Shown one piece after another: positions 1 through 14,668 of a stretch of 64,000 nt of DNA. The DNA lies in NCBI GenBank assembly GCA_951406725.2, contig OX597830.1:55614001-55678000 (forward strand), written 5' to 3'. Within the stretch, counting starts at the first letter, position 1, and each line of letters opens with the position of its first letter. The stretch is from Octopus vulgaris. Taxonomy: Eukaryota. A program made the translations under genes and the position numbers. Below the pieces are notes generated by a model. The model saw only the letters and a list, made by a program, of their open reading frames with translations. It did not search any database and was not told the DNA's origin.

Positions 1-180
1 AAGAGTGAGAGAAAGTTGTGGGGAAAGAGTACAGCAGGGATCGTCACCATCCTCTGCCGGAGCCGCGTGGAGCTTTAGGTATTTTTGCTCAATAAACACT
101 CACAACGCCCTGTCTGGGAATCGAAACCGCGATCCTACAACCGCGAGTCCGCTGCCCTAATCACTGGGCCATTGCGCCTC
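1..180 (-). mobile_element. tRNA-derived SINE, family A (partial)
   Basis: Reverse complement begins gaggcgcaatggcccagtg...gcagcggactcgcgg...gtttcgattccc (A/B-box-like). Similar copies at about 3478(+), 36705-36975(-), 51592-51808(-), 58742-59019(-). Confidence 0.8.
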
Positions 181-349
181 ACTGCATAGTCATATTAACC
201 ACAATAACGAAGAATTGCTGCTAATATTGTTTACAGTTGCTATTATCACCGTTTGTATGCACTTTCTCTTTTTCCTCACTGCTTTTACTATCGGCATTCT
301 GTGATGTGCTGATGTCATTTTATTCAGTCCAACTTGTCCGAAGAAGTAC

Positions 350-500
350 CGTAAATCCTCGAGTATAGTCCGCCCTTGAGTATAATACGCAGGGGATTTT
401 TAGGGGACTGTACCTCTGAAAAACCTAAACCTTGTGTATAATACGCACCCCTTCTCTAACTTGAGTCAAGGTCTATATAACGTCCTTGGTTTGTAAAAAT
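350..500 (+). mobile_element. Left end of pogo/Tigger-like MITE
   Basis: TA|ccgtaaatcctcgagtatagtccgcc, nearly identical to the left end of the complete element at 26770-27292. Confidence 0.7.
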
Positions 501-521
501 GTATACACATACACACACATA

Positions 522-617
<96 letters not shown>

Positions 618-620
<3 letters not shown>

Positions 621-1554
621 CTTAGAATAACTTAGAATAACTTAGAAAGGTTTTGGCCAGTATTGGCCCAGGCCATGTCTAACTTAATAGCACCACCTGG
701 CGAAGTCTTTCAGTTCAGGATTTGGGCACCAAGGCCCATTCGAGCAGAGAGTTATTGTTTGCGGAGACATATCCGGGTGTGGGTGGTTTGTCCGGTACTG
801 TTTGAAGGAATTTGTCCAAAGACTTCTTGAATTTTGTGTGGTCAGTTTCTTTTTTGACGTGTCCTGGTGTAGTGTTGAAGAGAGTGGGTCCAATTGAGGT
901 GAAATAGTTGTGCCGTATTGTCGTTATGTGATGCGATTTAGATTTTTGTTGTGGACGGATGGCACGTGGTCCAAGCCTTGGATGTATTTTGAAGGTGATG
1001 CCAACATCATTCGGACAGTGCTGATGGAATATTTTCCACATCATACAGATAATGTAGCGTTCACGGCGTCGTTGGAGTGAATACAATTTCAGCTTCTCTA
1101 GTCTACCCAAGTAGTCAAGGTCTGATATGCCATCTATCTTTTTTGTGATTGACCTTTGGGGAGCTCCAATTCTCATAATATTTTGTTTTGTGTAGGGAGA
1201 CCACAGTAGACAGCAGTATTCAAGGTGGGGTCGGGCAAAAGTGGAGAAGAGAAGGATAATAGCGTGGGAATCTCTCGACTGGAAGGTTCTGAGAATCCAG
1301 GAACACATTCTGCGGGCCATGTCAACTTTGCTGCTTATATGTGTAGCCCAGCTTATGTTGTTGTCCACTGTTACTCCCAAGTCTCTGATGTTGTTGGATG
1401 CCATGAGAATTTCTCCAGAAGGAAGAGAGTATGGGAGTTTCAGAGCGTCCTCCCTTCCAAAGTGGATCAGTTCGAATTTGTCTTCATTTAGCAACTTGTT
1501 ATTCTTTTCCGCCCATTGGTCAACAGCCAGTAGGTCTGACTGATATACATGCAC
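618..1554 (-). mobile_element. 5'-truncated CR1-group LINE (RT C-terminal part and 3' tail)
   Basis: ORF 715-1554 has RDLGV.VD, RPHLEYC..LWSP and LYSLQRRRER, typical of CR1/L2-group ORF2 ends. The tail is a tandem 10-mer (taacttagaa)x3. Confidence 0.88.
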
Positions 1555-1826
1555 ATAATGCCTCCAATATTTTGTCTGGTGATTAATTTATCGATCTCTG
1601 TTTAATGTGTAAGTTAGTAAGTTTGTTTACTTCCTTTCATGAAGTTACGCCCCTGAGGATGTAAATACCACAAGACGCGATGCACCATTTTGCACGATAT
1701 ATATACATACACACACAGACAGTACTTATGGATAGATCAGTGGGTCGGTAGATAGGCAGGTAGACAGGTAGACAGACAGATCGAAAGATACAGAGAGAGA
1801 GGTGGGGGGGGAATTAGATAGATAAC

Positions 1827-1912
<86 letters not shown>

Positions 1913-2612
1913 TGTTTCTTTATTAGCCACACAGGGCTGCACACAGACAGAACAAATTACAAGGTAGAGCTTTTCTTTTGGGGGTAAAAAAAGAGGGTTG
2001 GTTTTCGATCAAAAGGGATCGTAAAAGGAAAGAAAGAGGACAAAAAAAGGGGAGGATTTAAAAAAAGGGGGGGGAAGAAAAGGGGAGAGGAAAAAAAGTT
2101 GATCAATAGGGATCGTAATCACAGAAATGTCAATAGATAGACAGACAGGCAGGCAGGCAGGCAGGCAGGCAGACAGGCAGGCAGGCAGACAGACAGAAGC
2201 AGTTCATTCTAATATGGACGGTTATTTAAACCTATAACTTATGCGCCTCTCATAAATTGTATAAGAAATTAAATTGGACGTCTACAAGAACTCAAATGAG
2301 GTAGCTATCATGAAATCCAAGAAGAGTTTGTATGAAAGATTGGTCAGATTACGTCAGGTAATTATCATAAAGAAAACAGGTAGTGTTTGAGATTGCTCTC
2401 TTCAATGTTACCTTGTGAAATTGCGCGCCAGTAATAAGTAGCATTAACATAATTTATTCCATTATTAACCCGCAGTTCTTTCTCATTGATTTTGAGTGTG
2501 GGAGTTAATAAAACCGTTATATACGTGCATTTGCGTGTCTGTGTATACGTGTGTATGTCTTTGAGTATGAGCACATGAAGAGAAAATGGTTCGGTGCTCT
2601 TATGTTTAATAT

Positions 2613-3020
2613 GCGGCAAGCTGGCAGAAACGTTAGCGCGCCGGGCGAAATGCTTTGTGGTATTTCGTCTGCCGCTACGTTCTGAGTTCAAATTCCGCCG
2701 AGGTCGACTTTGCCTTTCATCCTTTCGGGGTCGATAAATTAAGGACCAGTTACGCACTGGGGTCAATGTAATCGACTCAATCCGTTTTTCTGTCCTTGTT
2801 TGTCCCCTCTGTGTTTAGCCCCTTGTGGGTAGTAAAGAAATAGGTATTTCGTCTGCCGCTACGTTCTGAGTTCAAATTCTATCGAGGTCGACTTTGCCTT
2901 TCATCCTTTCGGGGTCGATAAATTAAGTACCAGTTAGGCACTGGAGTCGATGTAATCGATTTAATCCGTTTGTCTGTCATTGTTTGTCCCCTCTGTGTTT
3001 AGCCCCTTGTGGGTAGTAAA
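2613..3020 (+). mobile_element. SINE family B with tandemly repeated body
   Basis: Head gcggcaagctggcagaaacgttagc, then two copies of gagttcaaatt...gcctttcatcctttcggggtcgataaattaag. Confidence 0.85.
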
Positions 3021-3144
3021 TAAATACGTATTTAATATGCACTCAGGGGAAGGAAATGTATTGCAAGGTATTGGGGTATATTTTATACCAGTTTTTACAT
3101 CCGTACCAGGGTTTCACGTTTCTTACTTTGCCCCTTTTCCTATC

Positions 3145-3177
<33 letters not shown>

Positions 3178-4025
3178 CCTCTCTCTCTCTTTTTCCAGCA
3201 TTTCTGCTCCCATAAGTGTAACAAGTGAGCATTTTGCCCTTCACTGCCACTTCCATTGCACATGATTCTGCTCCCACGACGGATCAAACAGAGAAGCAGT
3301 ACCAACGCCAAACCAAGACTGGTCTAGAAAGGACCTCGATCAACACTGATCTAAGACTAACTTCAATAAAGAAGGACCTTGGAGGAGCCTCGATCAAGAG
3401 TAAGCAAAAGTGACCCTCGTTCGGGAGCTAACTAAGGCTATCCTACAACATCAAAAACAATAACAACGGCAACTGTGGAGGCGCAATGGCCCAGTGGTTA
3501 GGGCAGTGGACTCGTGGTCAATTCTCAAACCGGGCATTGTGAGTGTTTATTGAGCAAAAATACCTAGGCTGCACGAGGTTCCGGCGAGTGGGAGGGTGTG
3601 AAGCCCGCTGTACTCCTTCACCACAACTTTCTCTCACTCTTTCTTCCTACTTCTGTCACAAAGCAGAGGAACCATGGTGTAACCTACTATGGTGTGGTAA
3701 ACTTTCAGACCCTAGTCTAGATTGCGAATCCTCTGTACCCCAGGGTGGTTCAGCTTTCCACCCGTTAAAAGTCCCCGTTTACGGAATGAGGATAACAACG
3801 TAGTTTTCGCGCCCGTGCAATCTCCTGTCTATTGCGTGTGGTGGGTGGATCTTCAAGTTGTCGCATGCATTCTTAGTAGCATAGAGTAGGCTCGAATTAG
3901 AGATTATTCTTTGTGGTTAATGGCGTGAGTCCTGATTGGAACTGTTTCAATCCCCTTACTTACCACATGCGGAGCGGAAAGGGTGGAGCAGGATAGCTTT
4001 GGGTGGAGGTACATTAACGTCGCAA

Positions 4026-4027
<2 letters not shown>

Positions 4028-4056
<29 letters not shown>

Positions 4057-4161
4057 AAGAAGAAGAAGAAGAAGAAGAAGAAGAAGAAGAAGAAGAAGAA
4101 GAAGAAGAAGAAGAAGAAGAAGAAGAAGAAGAAGAAGAAGAAGAAGAAGAAGAAGAAGAAA
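4028..4161. repeat. (GAA)n microsatellite
   Basis: Long pure AAG tract. Confidence 0.97.
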
Positions 4162-4639
4162 GACAACAGCAGCAACAAATAAGATGAAGAGTGGTTTGCA
4201 CTTATCAAAAGCGTACTTAGTGTTTCAGCCATCACAAGGGTCAAGCGTAACATTCAGTTCGAACTAACACATTTCCCCCGGTTATGTAAGGTACAGCAAA
4301 ACTAAAAGATTAAAATTTATCAATAAGATATAATTATTTTCCTCAATCTATTATATCCTGTTCAAATGTATCCTATCGTCTGTACTTTGGGATCGATTGA
4401 AATCAGGTGAAATATCAAAGTTCAAGCATTTTTCGCTGAATCATTTGATTGTTTACTGGCTTCGTTTCTGTACCTGTTTATTTTGATTTCTTATATGATG
4501 TCTAGGTTTTTGTTTCGGGCGAAAAACTGAATCGGTCTGGGATTGTTTGTGAAAACTGAAACAGTTATGTTATGGAAGAAGCATAACGGCTATTGAACAT
4601 ACATACATATATACATATAGCCACACACTTACATATATA

Positions 4640-4716
<77 letters not shown>

Positions 4717-4723
<7 letters not shown>

Positions 4724-4852
4724 TATTTATTAGTATGTTACATGTTTCTATAAATCATATATCATATATATAGCGCTTTCGTCCATTCTAGAAAGCGCTA
4801 ATATATGATATATGATTTATACAAACATGTAACATACTAATAAATATCTGTA
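4717..4852. repeat. Short inverted repeat (hairpin) next to a (TA)n tract
   Basis: tacagatatttattagtatgttacatg...agcgctttc pairs with gaaagcgct...catgtaacatactaataaatatctgta. Confidence 0.85.
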
Positions 4853-4987
4853 AATATAAAACTATCCAGATTTCTGAGTACCTCTTTTCTTCTAATATAT
4901 AATACCTGTACATCATCTCCAAACCTTCTAATATATATACACATACATATATATACATATAGTCACACACATACATACACACACACG

Positions 4988-5074
<87 letters not shown>

Positions 5075-5140
5075 GAGTAAACACATAAATGTGAAACAAT
5101 GTGGAAAAAGAGTACTCAAATACCAGTGGTAGAGTAATAT

Positions 5141-5300
5141 GCTTTATTTAAAGCAGCAGAAAATTCAACAAAACCTGTTCCTCTGAGTTTCCCGTTGCCG
5201 TTCATCGGACAGTTTTTTCTAGCAAAAACTGTCCGATGAACGGCAACGGGAAACTCAGAGTAACAGGTTTTGTTGAATTTTCTGCTGCTTTAAATAAAGC
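5141..5300. repeat. Near-perfect hairpin, arms about 75 bp, with hammerhead-like core at the inner ends
   Basis: gctttatttaaagcagcagaaaattc...ttcatcggacagtttt pairs with aaaactgtccgatgaa...ctgctgctttaaataaagc. CCGATGA...GAAAC at about 5233-5254. Confidence 0.85.
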
Positions 5301-5683
5301 GTATATATATATATAGGATCCAATCTAATTGACAACGTAGGCCAGGTAGGTACTGTAAATTTAGGGTGAATACTTGATAAGTGTAAGCACCTGTATACGC
5401 CAGCTAGTAGCAGAGGTGAGAGGGTATATGTCTCAAATGAAAGCAAAAACAGAACACAAAGGATTTCGTGGTACATGTGTTTCAAGCTTTATAAACGACC
5501 CATTCTTACATCAGTGTATAATAGATATAAAGGATGGTTTAAAGCTATCTTCAGCCGCATGCATTGTTATACAAAGATTTACATCACGTTATGAAAAATC
5601 CGCAAGGTACAATTAGTGTTACCCATAATGATAGGTATATCATGTCTCCCTGAGAGAGTGTATTTATAAAACTTCATAACCAA

Positions 5684-5910
5684 ATAGGCGTGTAGGGTAT
5701 CATTGGATTTCGAAAATCTGCCCATACTATGTCACCAGTCATCATAGAGTGAATGTTAAATAGATTGAATGTTAAATAGATTTGAATGGGTTCATTCCTC
5801 TTGTAAGGGGAAAGAAATAAGGAGAAGGAAAGAGGGAGAAAAAAAGAGGAAGAAAAGGTGATACGGTATGGACAGATTTTCGAAATCCAATGATACCCTA
5901 CACGCCTATT
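5684..5910. repeat. Inverted repeat, arms about 53 bp
   Basis: aataggcgtgtagggtatcattggatttcgaaaatctg pairs with cagattttcgaaatccaatgataccctacacgcctatt. Confidence 0.85.
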
Positions 5911-6039
5911 ATATATATATATATATATATAGGTGTGAATGCTTGCGTGTGTCTGTGTGTTTGTCCGTGTATGTACTTGTACATGTTTACATGTGTAAGT
6001 ATGTGTGGGGGGGTGTTTGTGTGTGTGTCATGTGATAAG

Positions 6040-6443
6040 GAATATTCTTTTCTACTCTAGGCACAAAGCCCGAAACTTTGGGGGAGGGGGGCAGTCGATT
6101 AGATCGACTCTAGTTATCAACTGGTACTTATTTAATCGACCCCGAAAGGATGAAAGGCAAAGTCGACCTCGGCGGAATTTGAACTCAGAACGTAAAGATA
6201 GACGAAATACCTATTTCTTTACTACCCACAAGGTGCTAAACACAAAGGAGACAAACAAGGACAGACAAACCGATTAAGTCGATTACATCGTCCCCAGTGC
6301 GTAACTGCTACTTATTTAATCGACCCCGAAAGGATGAAAGGCAAAGTCGACCTCGGCGGAATTTGAACTCACAACGTAATGACAGACGAAATACCGCTAA
6401 GCATTTCGCCCGGCGTGCTAATGTTCTCCCAGCTCGCCGCCTT
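6040..6443 (-). mobile_element. SINE family B with two body units
   Basis: Two copies of cgaccccgaaaggatgaaaggcaaagtcgacctcggcggaatttgaactc, ending cagctcgccgcc. Confidence 0.85.
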
Positions 6444-7709
6444 GTTATGTGATAAGGAATATTATCGCAGCAGCGACCTCTGATCTGTGCCACTCCAATA
6501 GTTCAACAATCAAAGAAAGCAAAATGAACACACGCAAACTTCAATGAAAGCAATATGTGTGCGTATCTTGGCTAGAGGTACTCTTCAACACTTTATATTT
6601 CTGATGGCTGTGGATTGGATATCAGGTGCGTCGCAATACATTGAATGAAAAATGAGTCGATGGTTCGTATTATATCACGCATAGTTACAATAATAACCGC
6701 TGAATCTCCCATAAACCACACCCTGTCATGTTAGAAAAAAAGGGTGTAACCATTAAAGAATATAGTCGCATAGTCTCTATGAAGATTGCAAACTGGCAGA
6801 ATCTTTAGTACGTCGGTCAAAATGTTTAGTGGTATTTCTTCCGACCCTTTATGTTTGGAGTTCAAATCCTGCTTGGGTCAACCTTGTCTTTCATCGTTCT
6901 AAGTCGATAAAACAAAGTATCGGTGAAGTACTGGACGTCGATATAATCGACTTGGCTTATATCTTTAAAATTGCTAGACTTGAACCCGGCAACGGACTTG
7001 CATCTCGTTCAGGGAGAATGGTATGTCCTTGGTCACTGCCAAGGTGGTACTGAAAAGTTCCTGGAAATGGTCAATACTGTCCACAAATTTATTAAGTTAA
7101 TCTCAAGTTACCATTATTTTGGAGATTCATAGCTGAAAAGGTCAGTCAGACGGCAGGTGTGTAATCAGATTTAATTGTTGTTGGTTTTATTTGATCACTA
7201 TTTCAAAGATTGAACCTTTTAAATGTTTTTTTCTGTCAGAACTTACGCTAGGACTTAATTATCATTCAACAGAGCTATACCTATCCTGGAGGAAAATAAA
7301 CTTAGCAGAGACTATGTAAATCAAGATGAATTCAAATGTAACCTAGTCCTAGGATGGCAAGAAAGCCGAAAGTTCGTAATTACTGTCCTCATTCATGTAA
7401 AAGTATTATTTTATAACAGGCTTTACTGACAAGAGGACACAATAAAATTAGAATTATATATATATATAGATAGATAGATAAATACATACATACATACATA
7501 AATATATAAATGTATATATACATACATATATATAAATGTATACACACACTCATTCATATATATATATATATATGCATGTATGTATTTATGTATGTATATA
7601 TATATATATATGTGTATACATGTATATATTATATATATATATATATGTTTATATGTAACTATGTATGTATGTATATATATATATATATGTTTATATGTAA
7701 CTATGTATG

Positions 7710-7789
<80 letters not shown>

Positions 7790-7822
7790 TAGATATAGAT
7801 ACAGATACAGATATAGATATAG

Positions 7823-7881
<59 letters not shown>

Positions 7882-8252
7882 AAAGGATGATTATTAATAA
7901 AGGCGGCGAACTGGCAGAATCGATAGGATGCCGGGCAAATGGATGAGCATCATTTCGTCGATATCTACGTTCCGAGTTCAAATTCTACTGAGATCGACTT
8001 TGCCTTCGGGATCGATAAATTAAGTACCAGTAAAGCATTTGGGTCGATTTAATAGATTTACCCCCTCCCCACCAAAATGTCAGGCCTTGTTTTTTAGTAG
8101 AAGGTGTTATTATTTACATTTCTTTCATTATTTACATTTGACGGATATTTGTCCTCATCTTGCTTGTTGTTAACACAACATTTCGGCTGATATACTCTCC
8201 AGATCTTCATCAGGTGTCTTGGGGAAATTTCGAACCTGGGTATTTTTCTGTG

Positions 8253-8311
<59 letters not shown>

Positions 8312-8342
8312 GTTATCATTATTATTGTTATTATTATTATTA

Positions 8343-8425
<83 letters not shown>

Positions 8426-8689
8426 ATCATTATTATTATTCAGGTCACTGCCTGGAATCGAACTATCCCTTACATGAATTTCACCGAGGAATTGAACCTG
8501 AAGACCGAAGCCACGACACCTGGGTGCAAAGCAAACTTTTTCACTACACATGCAAACATATACACACGTGTAAACATAAACGCACATGTAAAGAAGTAAA
8601 TATATATATATATATATATACATAGATATGTAGACCACACATACACACATATATATTTATACATATAATCTATATATATATATACATAC

Positions 8690-8725
<36 letters not shown>

Positions 8726-8738
8726 ATAATATATATAT

Positions 8739-8794
<56 letters not shown>

Positions 8795-8809
8795 CTATAA
8801 TACATACAC

Positions 8810-8911
<102 letters not shown>

Positions 8912-9198
8912 AGGTGTGTGTGTGTGTGTGTAAGGAAAAAATGCTAGAGTCTTTTAAAAGTATTTATTAACTTAACCGGTTTCACTTTTTTAAAAATATC
9001 TTCAAATGTGAAGTATGAGGCTTTGATTATCTTCGGTGGTGTCAAAAATTAGTTTATATAAATGCATTCAAATCAAGTGATAGAGTCTTTGACAATGACA
9101 AGAAAAAGTTTGAGGTTTTGTGTATCCTCTTGCGATGAGTCAAAAAATAGTTTACATAATAAACATTCAGATCAGGTAATAAAACCTTTTACAATGAT

Positions 9199-9333
<135 letters not shown>

Positions 9334-9533
9334 TCAATACATATTCAATCCACTTAATTCAATGATGTCCATGTCTATATTGTCGAGGAAATCCGAACAT
9401 AATTCCAAAACACGACCATACATGCATATATACATACATAAATACATGTTCGTAAAATATGAGTGAGAGAGAAAGAGAGAGAGAGGAAAGGGGGAGGGGA
9501 GAGAGTTATATGCACACATATACATGCATGTGT

Positions 9534-9640
<107 letters not shown>

Positions 9641-10083
9641 TGTTTCTTTATTAGCCACACAGGGCTGCACCCAGACGGGACAAATTACAAGGTAGAGCTT
9701 TTCTTTTTGAAGATAAAAAAGGGGTTTTGGTTTTCGATCAAAAGGGATGAAAGAAAGCGGAAAGCAAAAAAAAGGTGGGGATAAAAATAATAGGAAAAGG
9801 AAAAATCGATCAATAGGGATCGTTATCACAGAAATGTCAATATAAAGTGTAAAGGAGAGGACAGGTGAGGTTTAGCCGTGGAAAGAAAAGCCTACGGAAA
9901 AGACCACGGTAACCTCGGTCAATGAAGTCACACGTTATATTTTTTTACAAATAAGCAACTCTCTGTATTAATTTTTACGGTTCATAAGATCATAGTCAAG
10001 GTGGCTTCGTCATTCATACGTGCCATCCTTGCTACATTCACCCATCTTTTTTTAAAACATTCAATAGACAGAACTTGCCTCTC

Positions 10084-10085
<2 letters not shown>
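9641..10085 (-). mobile_element. 3' end of a LINE with (TCTA)n tail
   Basis: tgtttctttattagccacacagggctgcac...acaaattacaaggtagagcttttc abuts a (GATA)n tract. A second copy at about 1911-2132 has the same junction. Confidence 0.6.
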
Positions 10086-10164
<79 letters not shown>

Positions 10165-10599
10165 TTATATGCCTATACGGATATGTGTATAATATAAATA
10201 TGGATTATAGAGGAGAGAAGAGACAACAATAAAGTCAAACACACATACACACACACACACACGCGCGCGCGCGTGTTTGTTTTTATGTCAAGTTATGTAA
10301 AAACAATTTAACGCTAAGCTGAAGGATTATTCAATACTTTACTGTAGTAGAGTGCATATCTATTAAACTTCGAAGTCACTGTCAACCTCTAACCCTGTGC
10401 AAGTTTAATACGTGCGATATTGATGCCAATGTTGATCATGATGATGATGAGGAGGAGGATGACGATGATATACAAATATATTCTGTGTGTGTGTGTGTGT
10501 GTGTGTGTGTACATATATGAAAATTTATATATATATATATATAAATTTATATATATATATATAAATTTTCATATATGTACACACACATATGTATGTATG

Positions 10600-10657
<58 letters not shown>

Positions 10658-12319
10658 TACATATATACATGTATATATATACATACATACATACATACAT
10701 GCATATATATATACATACATACATACATACATACATATATTTATACACACACATTCATACATAGATGCACACATATACCTATGCACATACGTATATGAGT
10801 GTGTGTTTGACATCTAAGTAATTGAAGAAGTAACGGTAGTCCATTGTGACTTACCGAAGATTTTGTCGGCGCCATTTTGTACAATGTTGTTTGTCAGTAG
10901 AGTGACCAACATCCAGTACATTTCTGCTACGTTCGCTGCTATTGACTCGACTAAACTAATCCTCTGACAGCAGCGCCACCAACACCACCATCACCACCAC
11001 CACAAATACCTCCACCACCGCCACCGTCACTAATTCCCCCATCACTAATACCACAATCAACTACAACAATAATAATAATAATAATAATAAAGCAGACGTA
11101 ACGCCATCGACAACAACAACAACAACAGCAGCAATTATGACAACAATAACAACAACTACAGCCACAGCTGCAACACTACCATCACCTCCATTGTTTATAC
11201 CATCCGCCTCTCCTCCAGCAATCACTCTCAGAAAGAGCAGCAGCAACAACAAAAACAACACTCCTACTACCACCATCACCACCACCACCACCACCATCAT
11301 CACCACCATCACCGCCACCATCACCACTTATATAACAATCATTACTACCGCCATCACACCCTTCCATCATTATCATCATCGTCACTATCATCATCATCAT
11401 CACCACCAACAACAACACCGTTGGCAACTGCAGGAGTTCCATGCGGTGCTCTCACAAACTGCTAGAAGTAGCAACCACTATATCGCCTTAAAATAGGGAA
11501 GAATAAATCTGATCAAATAGCCTGATATCCTGATATGTCGAAAACGAACGGGATGGTCATCGCTGGAATGCCTTTGATCATAAGCCAGTTCGATTGGAGA
11601 TAGCATGGGGGTTAAACAACACAACATCAACAGCAACAACCACACATCAACACAAACGCCAAAATAGACACCACCACCAACAACAACAACAACAACACTA
11701 CTACCACCAGCAGTACTTTCTTCCACCACTAACACCAACACTTCTTTCACGATCAACAACAACAACAACAACACCACCACTACTTCCTCCACCACCAACA
11801 CCACTACTACTATTTCCACCACTCATTTCAACACCAACACCACTACCCTCACCCCCACCACTACCCTCACCCCCACCACCATCTCCATCACCACGAACAC
11901 CACCTCTTAACCACTACAAGTACCTCCACCTCCCTCACTACCAACACCAACAATGCCACCACACCACTTCCACTACTACCTATACTATCACCTCTTTCTA
12001 TCACAATTGCCGCTAGTAATAACAGCTACCAACATCAGCTGTACCACTAAAACTACTACAACCTACGCCGGCAGCATCAGCATCATCATCACTGCCATTA
12101 ATACTATCGCCACAACCCCCCGCCACTGCGCGCCAACGCCACCAGCATCATAAACACTAGCATCACCACGACCACCACCACCAACAACAACAACAAGACA
12201 GGTTAGCAGCAACAACAAATCGTAACAAATCCGTAGAGCTTTTAAGACTGCTTGCTATACGATAAAATAACAACAACGACTGTCAGACAGTGAATAGAGA
12301 AAAAGACAAGAAAGCTAAT

Positions 12320-12352
<33 letters not shown>

Positions 12353-12519
12353 AACAAGAATATCTCGACCTATTTCACTGCTACCCCACCCCTCCTTCTT
12401 GGTGTAATTGTCACCTTGTTCTTTAATTTAACGTCTCGTTACGTCAGAGTTGGCTGGCAGCATAAGAGCTTTATAGCTAATTATCACACACAGGCATGTA
12501 AGTCGGCATATACATATAC

Positions 12520-12591
<72 letters not shown>

Positions 12592-12674
12592 ATGTATGTA
12601 TATATATGTATATATGTATGTATGTATGTGTGTATATATGTATATATATATATATATACATATAATATACACAC

Positions 12675-12718
<44 letters not shown>

Positions 12719-12863
12719 TTTTATTTATATATATATATATATATATTGGCCTGCTCGCTTAACCAGCGGGGTGGCGTCACTTGAAGGCTAAAACAATGCG
12801 AAGCGCATTGTGACCAGCGATGAGTAGCAACATCTGATAGCCTGGTCGGTCACGGTGATCACG

Positions 12864-12925
<62 letters not shown>

Positions 12926-13421
12926 GTTTATATACATATGTATATGTGTATATACATTTTACCATTTTCAGTCACTGGAGTACGACCATGCTGAAGTACC
13001 ACCTTAAAGGGCTTAGGGAAGCAGATCGTCCCCTAGTACATTATTTTTTTTTTTTTTTTGATGTCTGATACTTATTTTATTGGTTTCATTTGTCCAACCC
13101 CTAGATTACCAGAGCGTAAACAAACCAACACAAAAACAAAGACAAACAGCGATGGCCAGAAGTCACCTGACGACAGTAAATCAAAATGCCATAAATGCTA
13201 TCTATAATTCTGTATTGACTCGAATGGGAAAATATGTCGCTCAAGAAAGACTTCAGTTTGAACAATTTTTATGATGTTTTATATTAAGATGCTTTTATTA
13301 AATTCATTCAGTTGTTAAACATAAATTGATCCTGGAATAAAACGGTTTTGATTCACTGTCAGGTGACTCTTGACCAAGTCTGTATATATACACACACACA
13401 CACACACACACATACACACAC

Positions 13422-13525
<104 letters not shown>

Positions 13526-13699
13526 GGATAGATATTCATAGAAAGAGCTATATTTTGTTTCCGACAACCAAATATAGGCCTCCTGGTTTTTTTCCATGTA
13601 TCTGTGCTAATTATCAATATATCGCTGCTTGTATTCAAATATAACTTGACGTTTCTGTTATTAATTTTTAGATACACAAATTTCTTTGAGTTTCGTTCG

Positions 13700-14413
13700 T
13701 ATTTCCTGTCACCGATAACCTGTTTGTGTGATTTTTTTCTCTTGAACCGCTTTTTAGGTTTTGTTTTACAGTGTGATTTTTTATGACTTATCTTACCACA
13801 CTTGAAGAATTTTATAATTTTAAACGTAAGTTACTTTTAAAATGTATACCGCCGCACCCATAACATGGATTCGGTCTTGACATATTTTCTTATCCGACAC
13901 CGGTTGACACTGATGAATATAAGGGCAATTTTTCGCTTCAATTTTATCTGCGTCACGTAGATTTATAATCCTCTGACATTCTTCAGCTACTTCCTGTAGA
14001 GTTAATTTTTGGTCCTCTTCTAGTTTTGTTAATATCTGGTAACGTATATCTGTATCTTTGCTTGCAGTTAGCCCTTGAACAAAAATCAAACACTTGAGCA
14101 TGTCCGGACTCAACTCATTCAATTTGACTTTCTCACATTCAAAATTTTCGATAAAAAAATTAATTACTTCATCGAAACAAATCTCATCTGGTTTCTTTGG
14201 CAGAATATAGTTACTATATTTCTCGATTCGGCAGGGGATAAGTTTCTTAAAAGTAGGCGTAATTTTTCTCGTCGAACCAACGTTTACACTCTTCCTTGAA
14301 GATTTGTTTGTATCTTCGAAAATATGCATAGAGAGTAATCCCTTCTTCTTCAATTGATTTGCTACGCTGTCTGGCGAGTATGAACCTGAAGTATTTTCAA
14401 ACTTCTTTAACAT
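13700..14413 (-). mobile_element. Degenerate Gypsy-type LTR retrotransposon gag-like fragment
   Basis: YSNYILPKKP..I.FDE, LSPDMLKCLIFVQGLT...D.DIR..IL.KLE.DQKLTLQEVAEECQRIINL resembles K02A2.6-like Gypsy gag regions (recognised from memory). Confidence 0.65.
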
Positions 14414-14609
14414 GGTAAAAGATGACAGAAGTTACAAGTTCCATCTTTTAAAAGAAAGTGAGATAGATATGAGTGGATGCCTTCGGAGGGTATATGACTG
14501 TGTGAAGGAAAGATACAGTAGTATATGCATAAAAGTAAATAGAGACTAGTTGGTATAGTGAGGGCGTACATAACATAGGAGTTAAGGAAATACACACACA
14601 CACACATAC

Positions 14610-14668
<59 letters not shown>

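Noticed and set aside
3956-4030. Possible minus-strand exon ending in GTAAGT
   Set aside because: No recognisable peptide, no convincing acceptor and no partner exons.
6460-6630. Unique-looking stretch that might be an exon
   Set aside because: Stops in the plus frames and no recognisable motif or splice partners.
10970-12200. Thr/Pro/His-rich mucin-like ORFs
   Set aside because: Degenerate CAC/CAA/CAT microsatellite interrupted by a dispersed repeat, with no splice or domain support.
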